Shown here one piece after another: positions 1 to 8,258 of a stretch of DNA of 64,000 nt; the stretch's first letter is position 1, and every line of letters starts with the position of its first letter. The notes under the pieces were generated by a model. That model ran no database searches. It had not been told where the DNA came from and saw nothing but the letters and a program-made list of their open reading frames with translations. Both the position numbers and the translations under genes were made by a program. The stretch comes from an uncultured Candidatus Binatia bacterium (GTDB lineage Bacteria > Desulfobacterota > Binatia > Bin18), in NCBI GenBank assembly GCA_965203745.1, contig CBDBDK010000001.1, forward strand, positions 780,400 through 844,399, in the 5' to 3' direction.

Positions 1-10
1 TCCAGCCACG

Positions 11-80
11 CGCCCCTCCCCGGAGGGGCGCTGAAACATCCCCTCTCGGGAGGGGTGCCGCGAAGCGGCGGGGTGGGCTC
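11..80. repeat. REP-like palindromic units (family A) upstream of hsdR
   Basis: GCCCCTCCCCGGAGGGGC hairpin followed by ATCCCCTCTCGGGAGGGGTGCCGCGAAGCGGCGGGGTGGG. The same unit recurs more than 20 times in the window. Confidence 0.75.
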
Positions 81-142
81 TCCCCTTCTGCACGATATAA
101 ACACTCCCGCCCATCCAAAACCAGCATAACAACACCACGGAC

Positions 143-2905
143 ATGGCCAGAGCCAACCAGACCCCGGAACAAGCTGCTCGCGAAAATATTGACAGCTTGC
201 TCACTCAGGCAGGCTGGGCGGTCCAAGACAAAAAGAGCGTCAACTTTAACGCGGGTCTCGGCCTTGCCATACGTGAATATCAAACCGATACTGGCCCGGC
301 CGACTACGTGCTCTTCATCGACCGGAAACCCGTCGGCGTGGTCGAGGCCAAGCCGGAACACTGGGGCCAGAAGATCACGACGGTTGAGGAGCAATCCGGG
401 CGCTACGCGTCCGCAAAACTCAAGTGGGTGAGTAACAGCCAGCCCTTACCCTTCGTGTACGAAAGCACCGGCGTACTCACCCGTTTCACCGACGGACGCG
501 ACCCAAGACCGCGCTCCCGCGAGGTGTTCAATTTTCCTCGGCCGGAGACCATGCAGAACTGGTACACCCGGTCGGCCACGCTCCGCGCACGGCTCCAGGC
601 GCTGCCGAGTTTAGACCCCACCGGATTGAGAGGGTGCCAGGTCAACGCCATCGAGCAGCTCGAAGCCTCCTTCAAAGCTGACCGCCCGCGCGCCCTCATT
701 CAAATGGCGACCGGCTCGGGCAAGACCTACACCGCCATCACCTCGATCTACCGGCTGCTCAAACACGCGGACGCCAGGCGCATCCTCTTTCTGGTGGATA
801 CCAAAAACCTGGGTGAACAGGCCGAGCAGGAATTCATGGCCTACGTGCCCGGTGACGACAACCGCAAGTTCACCGAGCTGTACAGCGTCCAGCGCCTCAC
901 CTCGTCCTTTGTCGCCAGGGATAGCCAGGTCTGCATCAGCACCATCCAGCGCATGTACTCGCTGCTGAAGGACCAGGAGCTGGACGAAGCTCTGGAGCAG
1001 ACCCACCCGGCGGAGACATTGCTCAAACAACCAACGCCGGTCGTCTACAACGCCAGGATTCCGCCCGAATTCTTTGACTTCATCATCATCGACGAATGCC
1101 ACCGCTCGATCTACAACCTGTGGCGTCAGGTTCTGGAATACTTCGACGCTTATCTCATCGGCCTGACCGCCACCCCGGACAACCGCACCTATGGCTTCTT
1201 CAAAACGAACGTCGTCAGCGAATACGACCATGAGCAGGCCGTCGCCGACGGTGTCAACGTCGGCAATGAAGTCTACGTCATCGATACGGAAAGAACCAGG
1301 CACGGCGGGCAACTCAGGGCCGAACAGCAGGTTGAAAAGCGCGAGCGCCTGACGCGCCGCAAGCGCTGGGAGATTCAGGACGAGGACCTCGCCTATACCG
1401 CCCAGGAGCTTGACCATGCCGTGGTCAACCCCGACCAGATTCGCACCGTCGTCCGTACCTTTCGCGACAAACTGCCGGAGATATTCCCCGGCCGCAGCGA
1501 AGTGCCCAAAACGCTTGTCTTCGCCAAGACCGACAGCCACGCCGACGACATCATCCAGACCGTACGCGAGGAATTCGCCCAAGGCAACGAGTTCTGCAAG
1601 AAGGTCACCTACAAGACCGCAGAAGACCCGAAATCCGTCCTGGCCCAGTTCCGCAACGACTACCACCCGCGCATCGCCGTGACCGTGGACATGATCGCCA
1701 CCGGCACCGATGTCAAGCCGCTCGAATGCCTGCTCTTCATGCGCGACGTGAGGAGCCGCAACTATTTCGAGCAGATGAAGGGCCGCGGCACCCGCACCCT
1801 CGACCATGACGATCTCAAGAAAGTCTCGCCCTCCGCGGTCAGCGGCAAGACCCACTATGTGATCGTGGACGCCGTCGGCGTCACCACATCGCTCAAGACC
1901 GCCAGCCAACCGCTCATCACCAAACCCTCCGTACCGCTCAAGGACCTCGCCATGGGCGTGATGATGGGCGCACACGACGAAGACACCGTGAGTTCCCTTG
2001 CCGGCCGTCTCGCCCGGCTCAACCACCAACTTGACCCCGCCGAGCAGGAACGTATCCGGGAAAAGACCGGCGGCATCGCACTCACGCAAATCGTCGGCAA
2101 TCTATTGGAAGCCATCGACCCCGACCGCATTCAGGAAAAGGCCCGTGCAATCGAGTCCGTGCCCGACGGTGCCGAGCCGTCACCGGCCGCACGCAAACAA
2201 GCCCAGGAACAGTTGGTCCGCGACGCCGCCGGCGTGTTCAACGGCGAGTTGATCGAGCTGATCGACTCGATTCGCCGCGACAAGGAGCAGACCATCGACC
2301 ACGACAGCCTGGACACCGTGCTGCGCGCCGAATGGGAAGGCGACGCACACGAGAACGCTGAAGCTATGGCGCGGGACTTCCGGCAGTATCTGGAAGCCAA
2401 TCGCGATGAAATCGAGGCCCTGACCATCTTCTACGCCCAACCGCACCGTCGCCGCGAGTTGACCTACGCCATGATCCGCGAGGTGTGCGACAGACTGAAG
2501 AACGACCAGCCCCGATTGTCTCCTTTGCGGGTCTGGCAGGCGTATGTCGTGCTGGATGAGTATAAGGGCAGCCAGCCGGTCAGCGAACTGACCGCGCTCG
2601 TGGCGTTGATTCGCCGCGTCTGCGGCATTGACGCGACAATTTCACCCTATGCGGAAACCGTGCGCCGCAATTTTCAGCAGTGGATCATGACGCACCACAG
2701 CGGCAGCGGAGAGAAGTTCAACGAGGAGCAGATGGACTGGCTGCGCATGATCCGCGACCACATCATCACCTCGTTTCATCTGGACCGCGACGATCTGGAC
2801 ATGGCTCCGTTCGACGGCAAGGGCGGCCTGGGGCAGATGTATAAGCTCTTCGGAGAGCGGATGGATAGTGTGATTGATGAGTTGAATGAGGCGTTGGCGG
2901 CGTGA
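143..2905 (+). CDS. hsdR: Type I restriction enzyme R subunit (HsdR, EcoEI-R-like C-terminus)
   Basis: 920-aa ORF. N-terminal restriction-enzyme region, helicase Walker A MATGSGKTYT and motif II IIIDECHRS. Long C-terminal domain typical of EcoEI-type R subunits. Operon context with hsdS and hsdM. Confidence 0.93.
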   Translation: MARANQTPEQAARENIDSLLTQAGWAVQDKKSVNFNAGLGLAIREYQTDTGPADYVLFIDRKPVGVVEAKPEHWGQKITTVEEQSGRYASAKLKWVSNSQPLPFVYESTGVLTRFTDGRDPRPRSREVFNFPRPETMQNWYTRSATLRARLQALPSLDPTGLRGCQVNAIEQLEASFKADRPRALIQMATGSGKTYTAITSIYRLLKHADARRILFLVDTKNLGEQAEQEFMAYVPGDDNRKFTELYSVQRLTSSFVARDSQVCISTIQRMYSLLKDQELDEALEQTHPAETLLKQPTPVVYNARIPPEFFDFIIIDECHRSIYNLWRQVLEYFDAYLIGLTATPDNRTYGFFKTNVVSEYDHEQAVADGVNVGNEVYVIDTERTRHGGQLRAEQQVEKRERLTRRKRWEIQDEDLAYTAQELDHAVVNPDQIRTVVRTFRDKLPEIFPGRSEVPKTLVFAKTDSHADDIIQTVREEFAQGNEFCKKVTYKTAEDPKSVLAQFRNDYHPRIAVTVDMIATGTDVKPLECLLFMRDVRSRNYFEQMKGRGTRTLDHDDLKKVSPSAVSGKTHYVIVDAVGVTTSLKTASQPLITKPSVPLKDLAMGVMMGAHDEDTVSSLAGRLARLNHQLDPAEQERIREKTGGIALTQIVGNLLEAIDPDRIQEKARAIESVPDGAEPSPAARKQAQEQLVRDAAGVFNGELIELIDSIRRDKEQTIDHDSLDTVLRAEWEGDAHENAEAMARDFRQYLEANRDEIEALTIFYAQPHRRRELTYAMIREVCDRLKNDQPRLSPLRVWQAYVVLDEYKGSQPVSELTALVALIRRVCGIDATISPYAETVRRNFQQWIMTHHSGSGEKFNEEQMDWLRMIRDHIITSFHLDRDDLDMAPFDGKGGLGQMYKLFGERMDSVIDELNEALAA

Positions 2906-3114
2906 AGGCAGAAGGGAGAAGGAAAAAGGAAGAAGTGGCGGACCTTCGGACTCGGACGAAGGAGTTTGCACTGCGGATCATTCGCCTTTACTCAGGTCTT
3001 CCCAAGCGGACCGAGGCTCAAGTAATAGGCAGACAAATTATTCGTTCTGGAACGTCTGTGGGGGCGAATTACCGGGAGGCGTATCGCGCGCGGAGCAAGG
3101 CGGAGTTCATCTCT
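2902..3114 (+). pseudogene. 5' fragment of a four-helix-bundle (23S rRNA intervening-sequence type) protein gene
   Basis: The first ~71 codons (..FALRIIRLYSGLPKRTEAQVIGRQIIRSGTSVGANYREAYRARSKAEFIS) look like this family. Similarity ends near 3114 and the ORF then reads through unrelated DNA. The GTG start overlaps the hsdR stop. Confidence 0.55.
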
Positions 3115-3341
3115 TCCTTCTGCCTTCCTCCTTTTGCCTTTTCAGACGTTTGCGAAGCGCGACGATCCGCTCAGCATTGGGGTTGTCTACGATCCGGCAG
3201 GAAAGCGCTGTCTCACCGCGCACATGGGCGAGCACTTCGCCCAGGGCTGTTTCAATCTCTTGGCCGATGTTGGTGTGTTCGTTCATTTGAAAGCAGCTTG
3301 CGAATGGCACGTTCATAGGTGCGGGTGAAGTACAGATGCAT
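3107..3341 (-). pseudogene. Remnant of a toxin-antitoxin pair (toxin reduced to 18 codons, HTH antitoxin N-terminal part only)
   Basis: MHLYFTRTYERAIRKLLS (toxin-like N-terminus) runs directly into MNEHTNIGQEIETALGEVLAHVRGETALSCRIVDNPNAERIVALRKRL (N-terminus typical of HigA/XRE-type antitoxins). Both are truncated. Confidence 0.4.
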
Positions 3342-3377
3342 GAATTGTCTATCATGTGGCATTGCCGCAGAGCGTGC

Positions 3378-3440
3378 AAGCTCTTCGGAGAGCGGATGGA
3401 TAGCGTCATTGACGAACTGAATGAGGCGTTGGCGGCGTAA
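3378..3440 (+). repeat. Duplicate of the last 63 nt of hsdR (second, diverged allele)
   Basis: 57/63 identical to 2843-2905. Five differences are synonymous (both encode KLFGERMDSVIDELNEALAA). The sixth changes the stop from TGA to TAA. This copy carries the TAATG overlap with the hsdS start. Confidence 0.9.
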
Positions 3441-4699
3441 TGGGACTTGAAGCTGCAAGAATCCCAGATGGCTGGGCTCATACATCGCTCGAAGCTGTGT
3501 GTCAGATTCTCGATTCCAGGCGTATCCCGTTAAACAGCAGCGAACGCTCGCGGCGTATCGCCGGTAAGTCCGCTGATGATCTCTACCCCTACTACGGCGC
3601 CACAGGTCAGGTCGGTGTGATTGACGACTTCATCTTCAACGGCGAGCACATTCTACTGGGCGAAGACGGCGCCCCATTTCTTGATCCTTTCAAGGTCAAA
3701 TCCTATCTAGTGAGTGGAAAATTTTGGGTCAACAATCATGCCCATATTCTCAGATCAACAGTCTCGAACAAATACATTTGTCATTACCTGAATCACGTTG
3801 ATTATTCAGATCACGTCACAGGAACAACCAGACTCAAGCTCACCCAAAATGCGCTCAAGAGTATTCCCATTTGTGTTGCGCCAGCAGCGGAGCAACACCG
3901 CATCGTCGCCAAGATTGAGGAACTGTTTTCCGAACTGGACAAGGGCATCGAAAGCCTGAAAACCGCTCAGACGCAACTCAAGGTCTATCGTCAGGCGGTG
4001 CTCAAGCACGCCTTCGAAGGCAAGCTCACGGCGCAGTGGCGCGAAGAGAATAAAGACAAGCTTGAGACGCCTGAGCAATTACTCGCTCGCATCAAGCAGG
4101 AGCGGGAGGCGCGCTACGAGCAGCAACTCCAGGAGTGGAAGGCTGCTGTAAAGGAATGGGAGGAGAGCGGTAAGTCAGGCAAGAAGCCAGCTAAGCCGAA
4201 GCGGCCACATGATGTCGCTCCACTCCAACATCGCGAGAAGGAAAAACTACCATCACTACCCCCGGAATGGGCGTTTAGCCGTATGGGTGTATATATCGGC
4301 CAGATTGAGGCCGGTAAGAGTTTCAAATGCCTTGAAACGGAACCTTCAGCCGATCAGGTCGGGGTCGCCAAAGTCAGTGCAGTGACTTGGGGAGAGTACG
4401 ACGAGACGGAAAGCAAGACATGTCTGGACGCCGACAAGATCAATGAGAACCTCTTCATTCGGGAAGGCGATTTCCTACTGAGCCGCGCGAACACTATCGA
4501 GTTGGTCGGCGCATCTGTAATCGCGAAGACCGTCACCAAACGGATCATGCTTAGCGACAAGACTCTACGTATCCATTTCACTCCGGAGGATCACCGCTTC
4601 TTCCTTTACTACCTGAGGAGCCCCTACGGTCGCACCGAGATAGAGGCTCGTTCAACCGGCAATCAGGAGAGTATGCGGAATATCGGACAAGTCGGGTAG
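3440..4699 (+). CDS. hsdS: Type I R-M specificity subunit HsdS, truncated by group II intron insertion (authentic exon part 3440-4690)
   Basis: TRD with WVNNHAHIL motif, and central conserved helix ..PICVAPAAEQHRIVAKIEELFSELDKGIESLKTAQTQLKVYRQAVLKHAF... A second TRD follows. The ORF stops at a TAG (4697-4699) that lies inside intron DNA. Confidence 0.88.
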   Translation: MGLEAARIPDGWAHTSLEAVCQILDSRRIPLNSSERSRRIAGKSADDLYPYYGATGQVGVIDDFIFNGEHILLGEDGAPFLDPFKVKSYLVSGKFWVNNHAHILRSTVSNKYICHYLNHVDYSDHVTGTTRLKLTQNALKSIPICVAPAAEQHRIVAKIEELFSELDKGIESLKTAQTQLKVYRQAVLKHAFEGKLTAQWREENKDKLETPEQLLARIKQEREARYEQQLQEWKAAVKEWEESGKSGKKPAKPKRPHDVAPLQHREKEKLPSLPPEWAFSRMGVYIGQIEAGKSFKCLETEPSADQVGVAKVSAVTWGEYDETESKTCLDADKINENLFIREGDFLLSRANTIELVGASVIAKTVTKRIMLSDKTLRIHFTPEDHRFFLYYLRSPYGRTEIEARSTGNQESMRNIGQVG

Positions 4700-4765
4700 G
4701 TCAGGCCCATTGCTGGGCCTTTCCCCCCTAAGAACCGTGCGTGCCACTTTCACGGCACACGGCTC
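4691..4765 (-). ncRNA. Group II intron domains V and VI
   Basis: Domain V is GAGCCGUGUGCCGUGAAAGUGGCACGCACGGUUC (34 nt, GAAA loop). Domain VI is GGGGGGAAAGGCCCAGCAAUGGGCCUGACCU-A-CCCGAC, with the bulged A 7 nt from the 3' end. Confidence 0.85.
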
Positions 4766-6441
4766 AAGCTCGTTGTAATTGCTCCACTGTGAATCTGTTG
4801 GTGACAGTATAAGTGTGTGAGTTTGAGATTAGATAGTGCATTGCTACCTCCTTCTGACCGTTTATGGATATGATGTACATGTAGCTCCTCACCGTTCGTG
4901 AGGTGTTGTTGACAGACTGGGCAATGGTTCCCTTGTCGTCGTGCCAGTTCTTTCCATCGGCTTTGGGGTAGTAGCTCTGTTTTTCTCTGCTCTCGTTCTT
5001 CCCAGTAGTCTTTTAAGTCTGGGTCATCTGGTGAAGAGTTGTAAGATACCAGAATGTGTCTCTTGATGGGTATCCATGAGAGTTTCGGTAAGTAGGCTTC
5101 AGGTGTTCCGAATACCCATTTATCTTTTGACCCTTTCTTAAATTGCCCGAAGTATCGCTTCACTCTCCATTTTATTCCCTTATTAGGGTGTGTTTGCCTG
5201 CACCATTGCATGCAATGTTCCCATATAAAGGCGTCCAGGTTGTGGAAGGTCGTTTTTGCTACGCTTCCTCTAAAATAGTTGCCCCATCCGCGTATAATCG
5301 GTTTTAATCTTTGGATGATTGCATAGGCGTTCCATCCTTTGAGATTATGCCATTCTTGGTTGAGTCGGTGTTTTATGGCTTTGACCGCTTTATTACTCGG
5401 AGTAATAAGGAGCTTCCATCCTGTTCTTGCTGCCTGGATTGGGTACTGTTTGATTGTGAATCCGAGAAAGTCGAATCCTTCCGAGATATGCCGAATATGG
5501 GTTTTCTCTGGTGAGAGTTCAAGTCCTCTATGTCCTAGCCATATGCGTATCTCTTCGAGTGCCTGTTTTGCTTCTTCTTTTGTTTCTGTACAGATAACAA
5601 AATCATCTGCATATCTCACAAGCGCTCGTGTACCGTTGAGGTATTTTCGTGTGGAGTATGTGACCCCTATTGCGCTTTCCATGCCGTGTAAGGCGATGTT
5701 GGCGAGTAACGGGGAGACGACTCCCCCCTGTGGGGTTCCTTCTTCGGGTTGGACCTTCTGTTGTTTTTCCATTATCCCTGCTTTTAACCATGCCTTGATG
5801 AGTTTCTGACCAGGAAAGCCCTGGATGGCTTCAAGGATGGTATGGTGTTGGATATGGTCGAAGGCTCCTGTGATGTCAGCATCCACAATCCACTTTTTAT
5901 TTCGATGTGGGCGGTAAATACTGTACAGTCGTGCTATGGCGTCGTGACAACTGCGTCCAGGTCGGAACCCATAAGAACAGGGCTCGAATTTGGCTTCCCA
6001 CTCCGGTTCTAAGGCATTCTTGACGATTGCCTGCATTACCCGGTCTCGAATGGTCGGGATGCCGAGGGGACGTTTCTTGCCGTTAGCCTTGGGAATATAG
6101 ACTCGTCTGACCGGCTGTGCTTTCCATGGCTCGTAGGTGGCAATTTCTTGCATGAGTGCAGTTCTAGCTGCCGGGGTTTTGACTATCACCTTGTCAACAC
6201 CTGGCGTGCTTCGTCCGGCGTTAATCTGCGTTACCCTTCGGATACTCGTCTCACGGTTGGCTGTGCATTTCAGCATCAGACGTTGCAGGGAACGGACCTT
6301 GCGGCGGTTCCCTTGCCGTGAAGCTCGAAAGATTCTCTGCCTCAGGTTGCGCACGATTTTGGCGTTTTCGCACCAGTCGATGCTATTCCAGTCACGCGCT
6401 ACAACCTCGCTGGCAGTTTCCTGTCTCTTCGCGTCAGTCAT
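4750..6441 (-). CDS. Group II intron-encoded protein (reverse transcriptase / maturase / HNH endonuclease)
   Basis: 563 aa. RT blocks RPLGIPTIRDRVMQ, GTPQGGVVSPLLANI and YADDFV. Maturase region RGWGNYF. C-terminal CPVCQ..HVHHI..SNLKLTHLYCHQQIH HNH motif. Confidence 0.95.
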   Translation of the reverse strand: MTDAKRQETASEVVARDWNSIDWCENAKIVRNLRQRIFRASRQGNRRKVRSLQRLMLKCTANRETSIRRVTQINAGRSTPGVDKVIVKTPAARTALMQEIATYEPWKAQPVRRVYIPKANGKKRPLGIPTIRDRVMQAIVKNALEPEWEAKFEPCSYGFRPGRSCHDAIARLYSIYRPHRNKKWIVDADITGAFDHIQHHTILEAIQGFPGQKLIKAWLKAGIMEKQQKVQPEEGTPQGGVVSPLLANIALHGMESAIGVTYSTRKYLNGTRALVRYADDFVICTETKEEAKQALEEIRIWLGHRGLELSPEKTHIRHISEGFDFLGFTIKQYPIQAARTGWKLLITPSNKAVKAIKHRLNQEWHNLKGWNAYAIIQRLKPIIRGWGNYFRGSVAKTTFHNLDAFIWEHCMQWCRQTHPNKGIKWRVKRYFGQFKKGSKDKWVFGTPEAYLPKLSWIPIKRHILVSYNSSPDDPDLKDYWEEREQRKTELLPQSRWKELARRQGNHCPVCQQHLTNGEELHVHHIHKRSEGGSNALSNLKLTHLYCHQQIHSGAITTSLSRVP

Positions 6442-6797
6442 AGTGTGCTCCCTTTACAAAGTTCTTTGGACAACGAACCAGCCCCACGTCAGCAGGCTTT
6501 CGCCTTGGGTATTGCCCTATCCAGTTGGTTATGTCATACGGTTGCCCGTATGTGAGAGGATGTATGAGAGACTATAATCCTGTGTATGAGCCAAAGCCGA
6601 AGCCTCAGCCGAGCAAACTCTGGTGGGTTTTTACCTGGCCAGTGTTTCTTATTGCTCTGACACTGATTCTTTGTCTTATTTACCTACTGTCGTAGGTATT
6701 TCCATCCTCTGCGTTTCCCGTTGCCTTTCGGCTACTGGCATTCGCTTCTTGGGGCGTCCTACACCCACTGAAGGATTCGGCCTTCCTTACGGTTGGC

Positions 6798-7229
6798 TTA
6801 CTCGTATCCGTCTGGATTTTTGGTAGGGTCTCTTTTGAAGAGGAATGGTCGGAGTATGATTTGCACTATTTTACACAGTTGTTCATGAGGAAACTTGATT
6901 GGTTCTGGTGTTGCTCCTGTGAGTACTACCAGACATCTCGCTGTTTCTTCTTCCCAGTCTGTTGTTATGGTGCAATTCTTGGATGGGTTTTCTATCTCTA
7001 CATCTATGCCTTCTGAGGTGAGTTTGAATTCGCACTTTTTCTCGTGTTGGCCTGAGACTGTGCGCCCAAGAAGGATGTTTGTACTTTCCCTTTTGTGTGG
7101 GTAGTATTTGAATTCTATTCCTTCTCGTTTTGCCTCGGAGAGTTCTTTGCGGTTCTCAATATCCTGTTCAACGTGTTTATTGAGTTCCTCAAAGAAGTAA
7201 GGCATGTTGCATTTTGCGTATTGTTCCAC
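6798..7229 (-). CDS. Hypothetical 143-aa protein encoded inside the 5' ribozyme half of the group II intron
   Basis: Uninterrupted ORF in the AT-richest part of the intron, where random ORFs of this length are unlikely. It lies on the same strand as the intron and has protein-like composition. No family recognised. Start uncertain (GTG at 7229 or ATG at 7205). Confidence 0.45.
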   Translation of the reverse strand: MEQYAKCNMPYFFEELNKHVEQDIENRKELSEAKREGIEFKYYPHKRESTNILLGRTVSGQHEKKCEFKLTSEGIDVEIENPSKNCTITTDWEEETARCLVVLTGATPEPIKFPHEQLCKIVQIILRPFLFKRDPTKNPDGYE

Positions 7230-7693
7230 CCAATTTTTATGGACTTCCTCTATCCTTCTTTTTTATATTTTTACCCTTGGTTTGTCCATACGTTTCTAAG
7301 ACTCCATTGGGGTTATCACGTTCCGCATAGAAAATATGACGATTGGGTTAGGTGCCCTCTTTACGCCGGAGACGAGGTGTACTCGAAAGGAACTAAAAGA
7401 CTTTCCTTTCCTTTACTCATATACCAATCACATATGAGCCTTTTATGTCTCGTTTCTTCTGTGTCAACCACCTTTCAGAAGTTCCTAGTAACGACGCTTG
7501 TGAGGATTCACTTTCGTTCACCTTACCAATCTTTACCTCTTGCCCTGGTTCGGGATGTGGTTTCCGTTCCCATTAGGCTTTCATCCCAGCTTCACACCCC
7601 CGGATTACTCCAAACGCATGTGGGAAGTGAGGAAAGCTTGTACACTAGCTTTAGTACCTAAGTACCTGTTTTCTATGCGACTTCGTGTCGCAC

Positions 7694-7996
7694 GATCGGA
7701 TCAAGGGTATAATCCTGCCCGTCTGCACCGAAGTTGAGCAGGCCGAGATCGTTCGCACCCTCAACGCCTGCCTTGAAGCCGCCGAGGCTCTGGAGGCCGA
7801 GATCGACGCTGCCTCCACCCGCGCCGATGCGCTCCGCCAATCAATCCTGAAAAAAGCTTTCTCCGGCCAACTCGTCCCGCAGGACCCACACGACGAACCG
7901 GCCTCGGTTCTTCTGGATCGAATCAGGGTCGAAAGAGAGAAGGCGGTGAAGAACAACCACTCCAAGAAAACAAAGAAGAGAAAGACGACCGCATGA
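7694..7996 (+). pseudogene. hsdS: hsdS 3' part (C-terminal conserved helix), separated from the 5' part by the intron
   Basis: DRIKGIILPVCTEVEQAEIVRTLNACLEAAEALEAEIDAASTRADALRQSILKKAFSGQLV. This is the distal conserved region of HsdS. It is in the same reading frame as 3440-4690 once 3003 nt are removed. Confidence 0.88.
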
Positions 7997-8027
7997 ATAC
8001 CGCTCTCAGTGTCTCCACAGTCTGGAG
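7993..8027 (+). repeat. Relic of the first 35 nt of hsdM, in ATGA overlap with the hsdS stop
   Basis: ATGAATACCGCTCTCAGTGTCTCCACAGTCTGGAG versus the hsdM start at 13202-13236 (30/35 identical). Confidence 0.8.
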
Positions 8028-8030
8028 ATA

Positions 8031-8072
8031 ACCTACCCCGCCACTAACGCGGCAGCCCTCCAAGGAGGGAAT
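8031..8072. repeat. REP family A unit (degenerate, reverse orientation)
   Basis: ACCTACCCCGCCACTAACGCGGCAGCCCTCCAAGGAGGGAAT matches the AACCCACCCCGCCGCT..GCGGCACCCCTCC..GGAGGGGAT consensus. Confidence 0.7.
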
Positions 8073-8198
8073 TATATACGATCTTACCCAAATGTCACTA
8101 AATATGTTGTTGTAAAGGGGCGACCACAACACAAAACTGGACTTTTGTTAATGGGAGAGCCTCCCCTTTTTCCTCTCCTTTTCATATGGAAGAGATGC

Positions 8199-8227
8199 TT
8201 GTCAAATAATAGGGAACAACGTATAAC
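8199..8227 (+). promoter_or_regulatory. Candidate sigma70-type promoter of the SIR2-like gene
   Basis: TTGTCA, a 17-nt spacer, then TATAAC. It lies about 30 nt upstream of the ATG at 8259. Sequence pattern only. Confidence 0.35.
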
Positions 8228-8258
8228 ACAGCCCCGATTTTACAAAAAAAGGGAACAT

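Larger units (their letters stand above)
4691..7693 (-). mobile_element. Group II intron (3003 nt), antisense to hsdS
   Basis: On the minus strand: 5' GUGCGAC at 7693, domain V at 4765-4732, and domain VI with a GCAA tetraloop and a bulged A (4697). The 3' end is ..GAC at 4691. RT/maturase/HNH ORF present. Removing the element restores an in-frame hsdS. Confidence 0.88.

Noticed and set aside
611-2089. 492-aa ORF antisense to hsdR, plus several shorter ones
   Set aside because: It lies fully inside the strongly supported hsdR frame. Its composition is Gly/Ala/Val/Asp-rich and low in complexity, typical of shadow ORFs in high-G+C DNA. No motif recognised.
3440-7996. Idea that hsdS is expressed by splicing out the group II intron
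   Set aside because: The intron's 5' GUGCG, domains V and VI, and the RT ORF are all on the strand opposite hsdS. The ribozyme is therefore not present in hsdS mRNA.
8145-8258. Upstream extension of the SIR2-like ORF (391-aa version)
   Set aside because: The extension covers the promoter-like region and has no similarity to the family. The conserved GAGGS motif follows immediately after the ATG at 8259, which has a purine-rich RBS.
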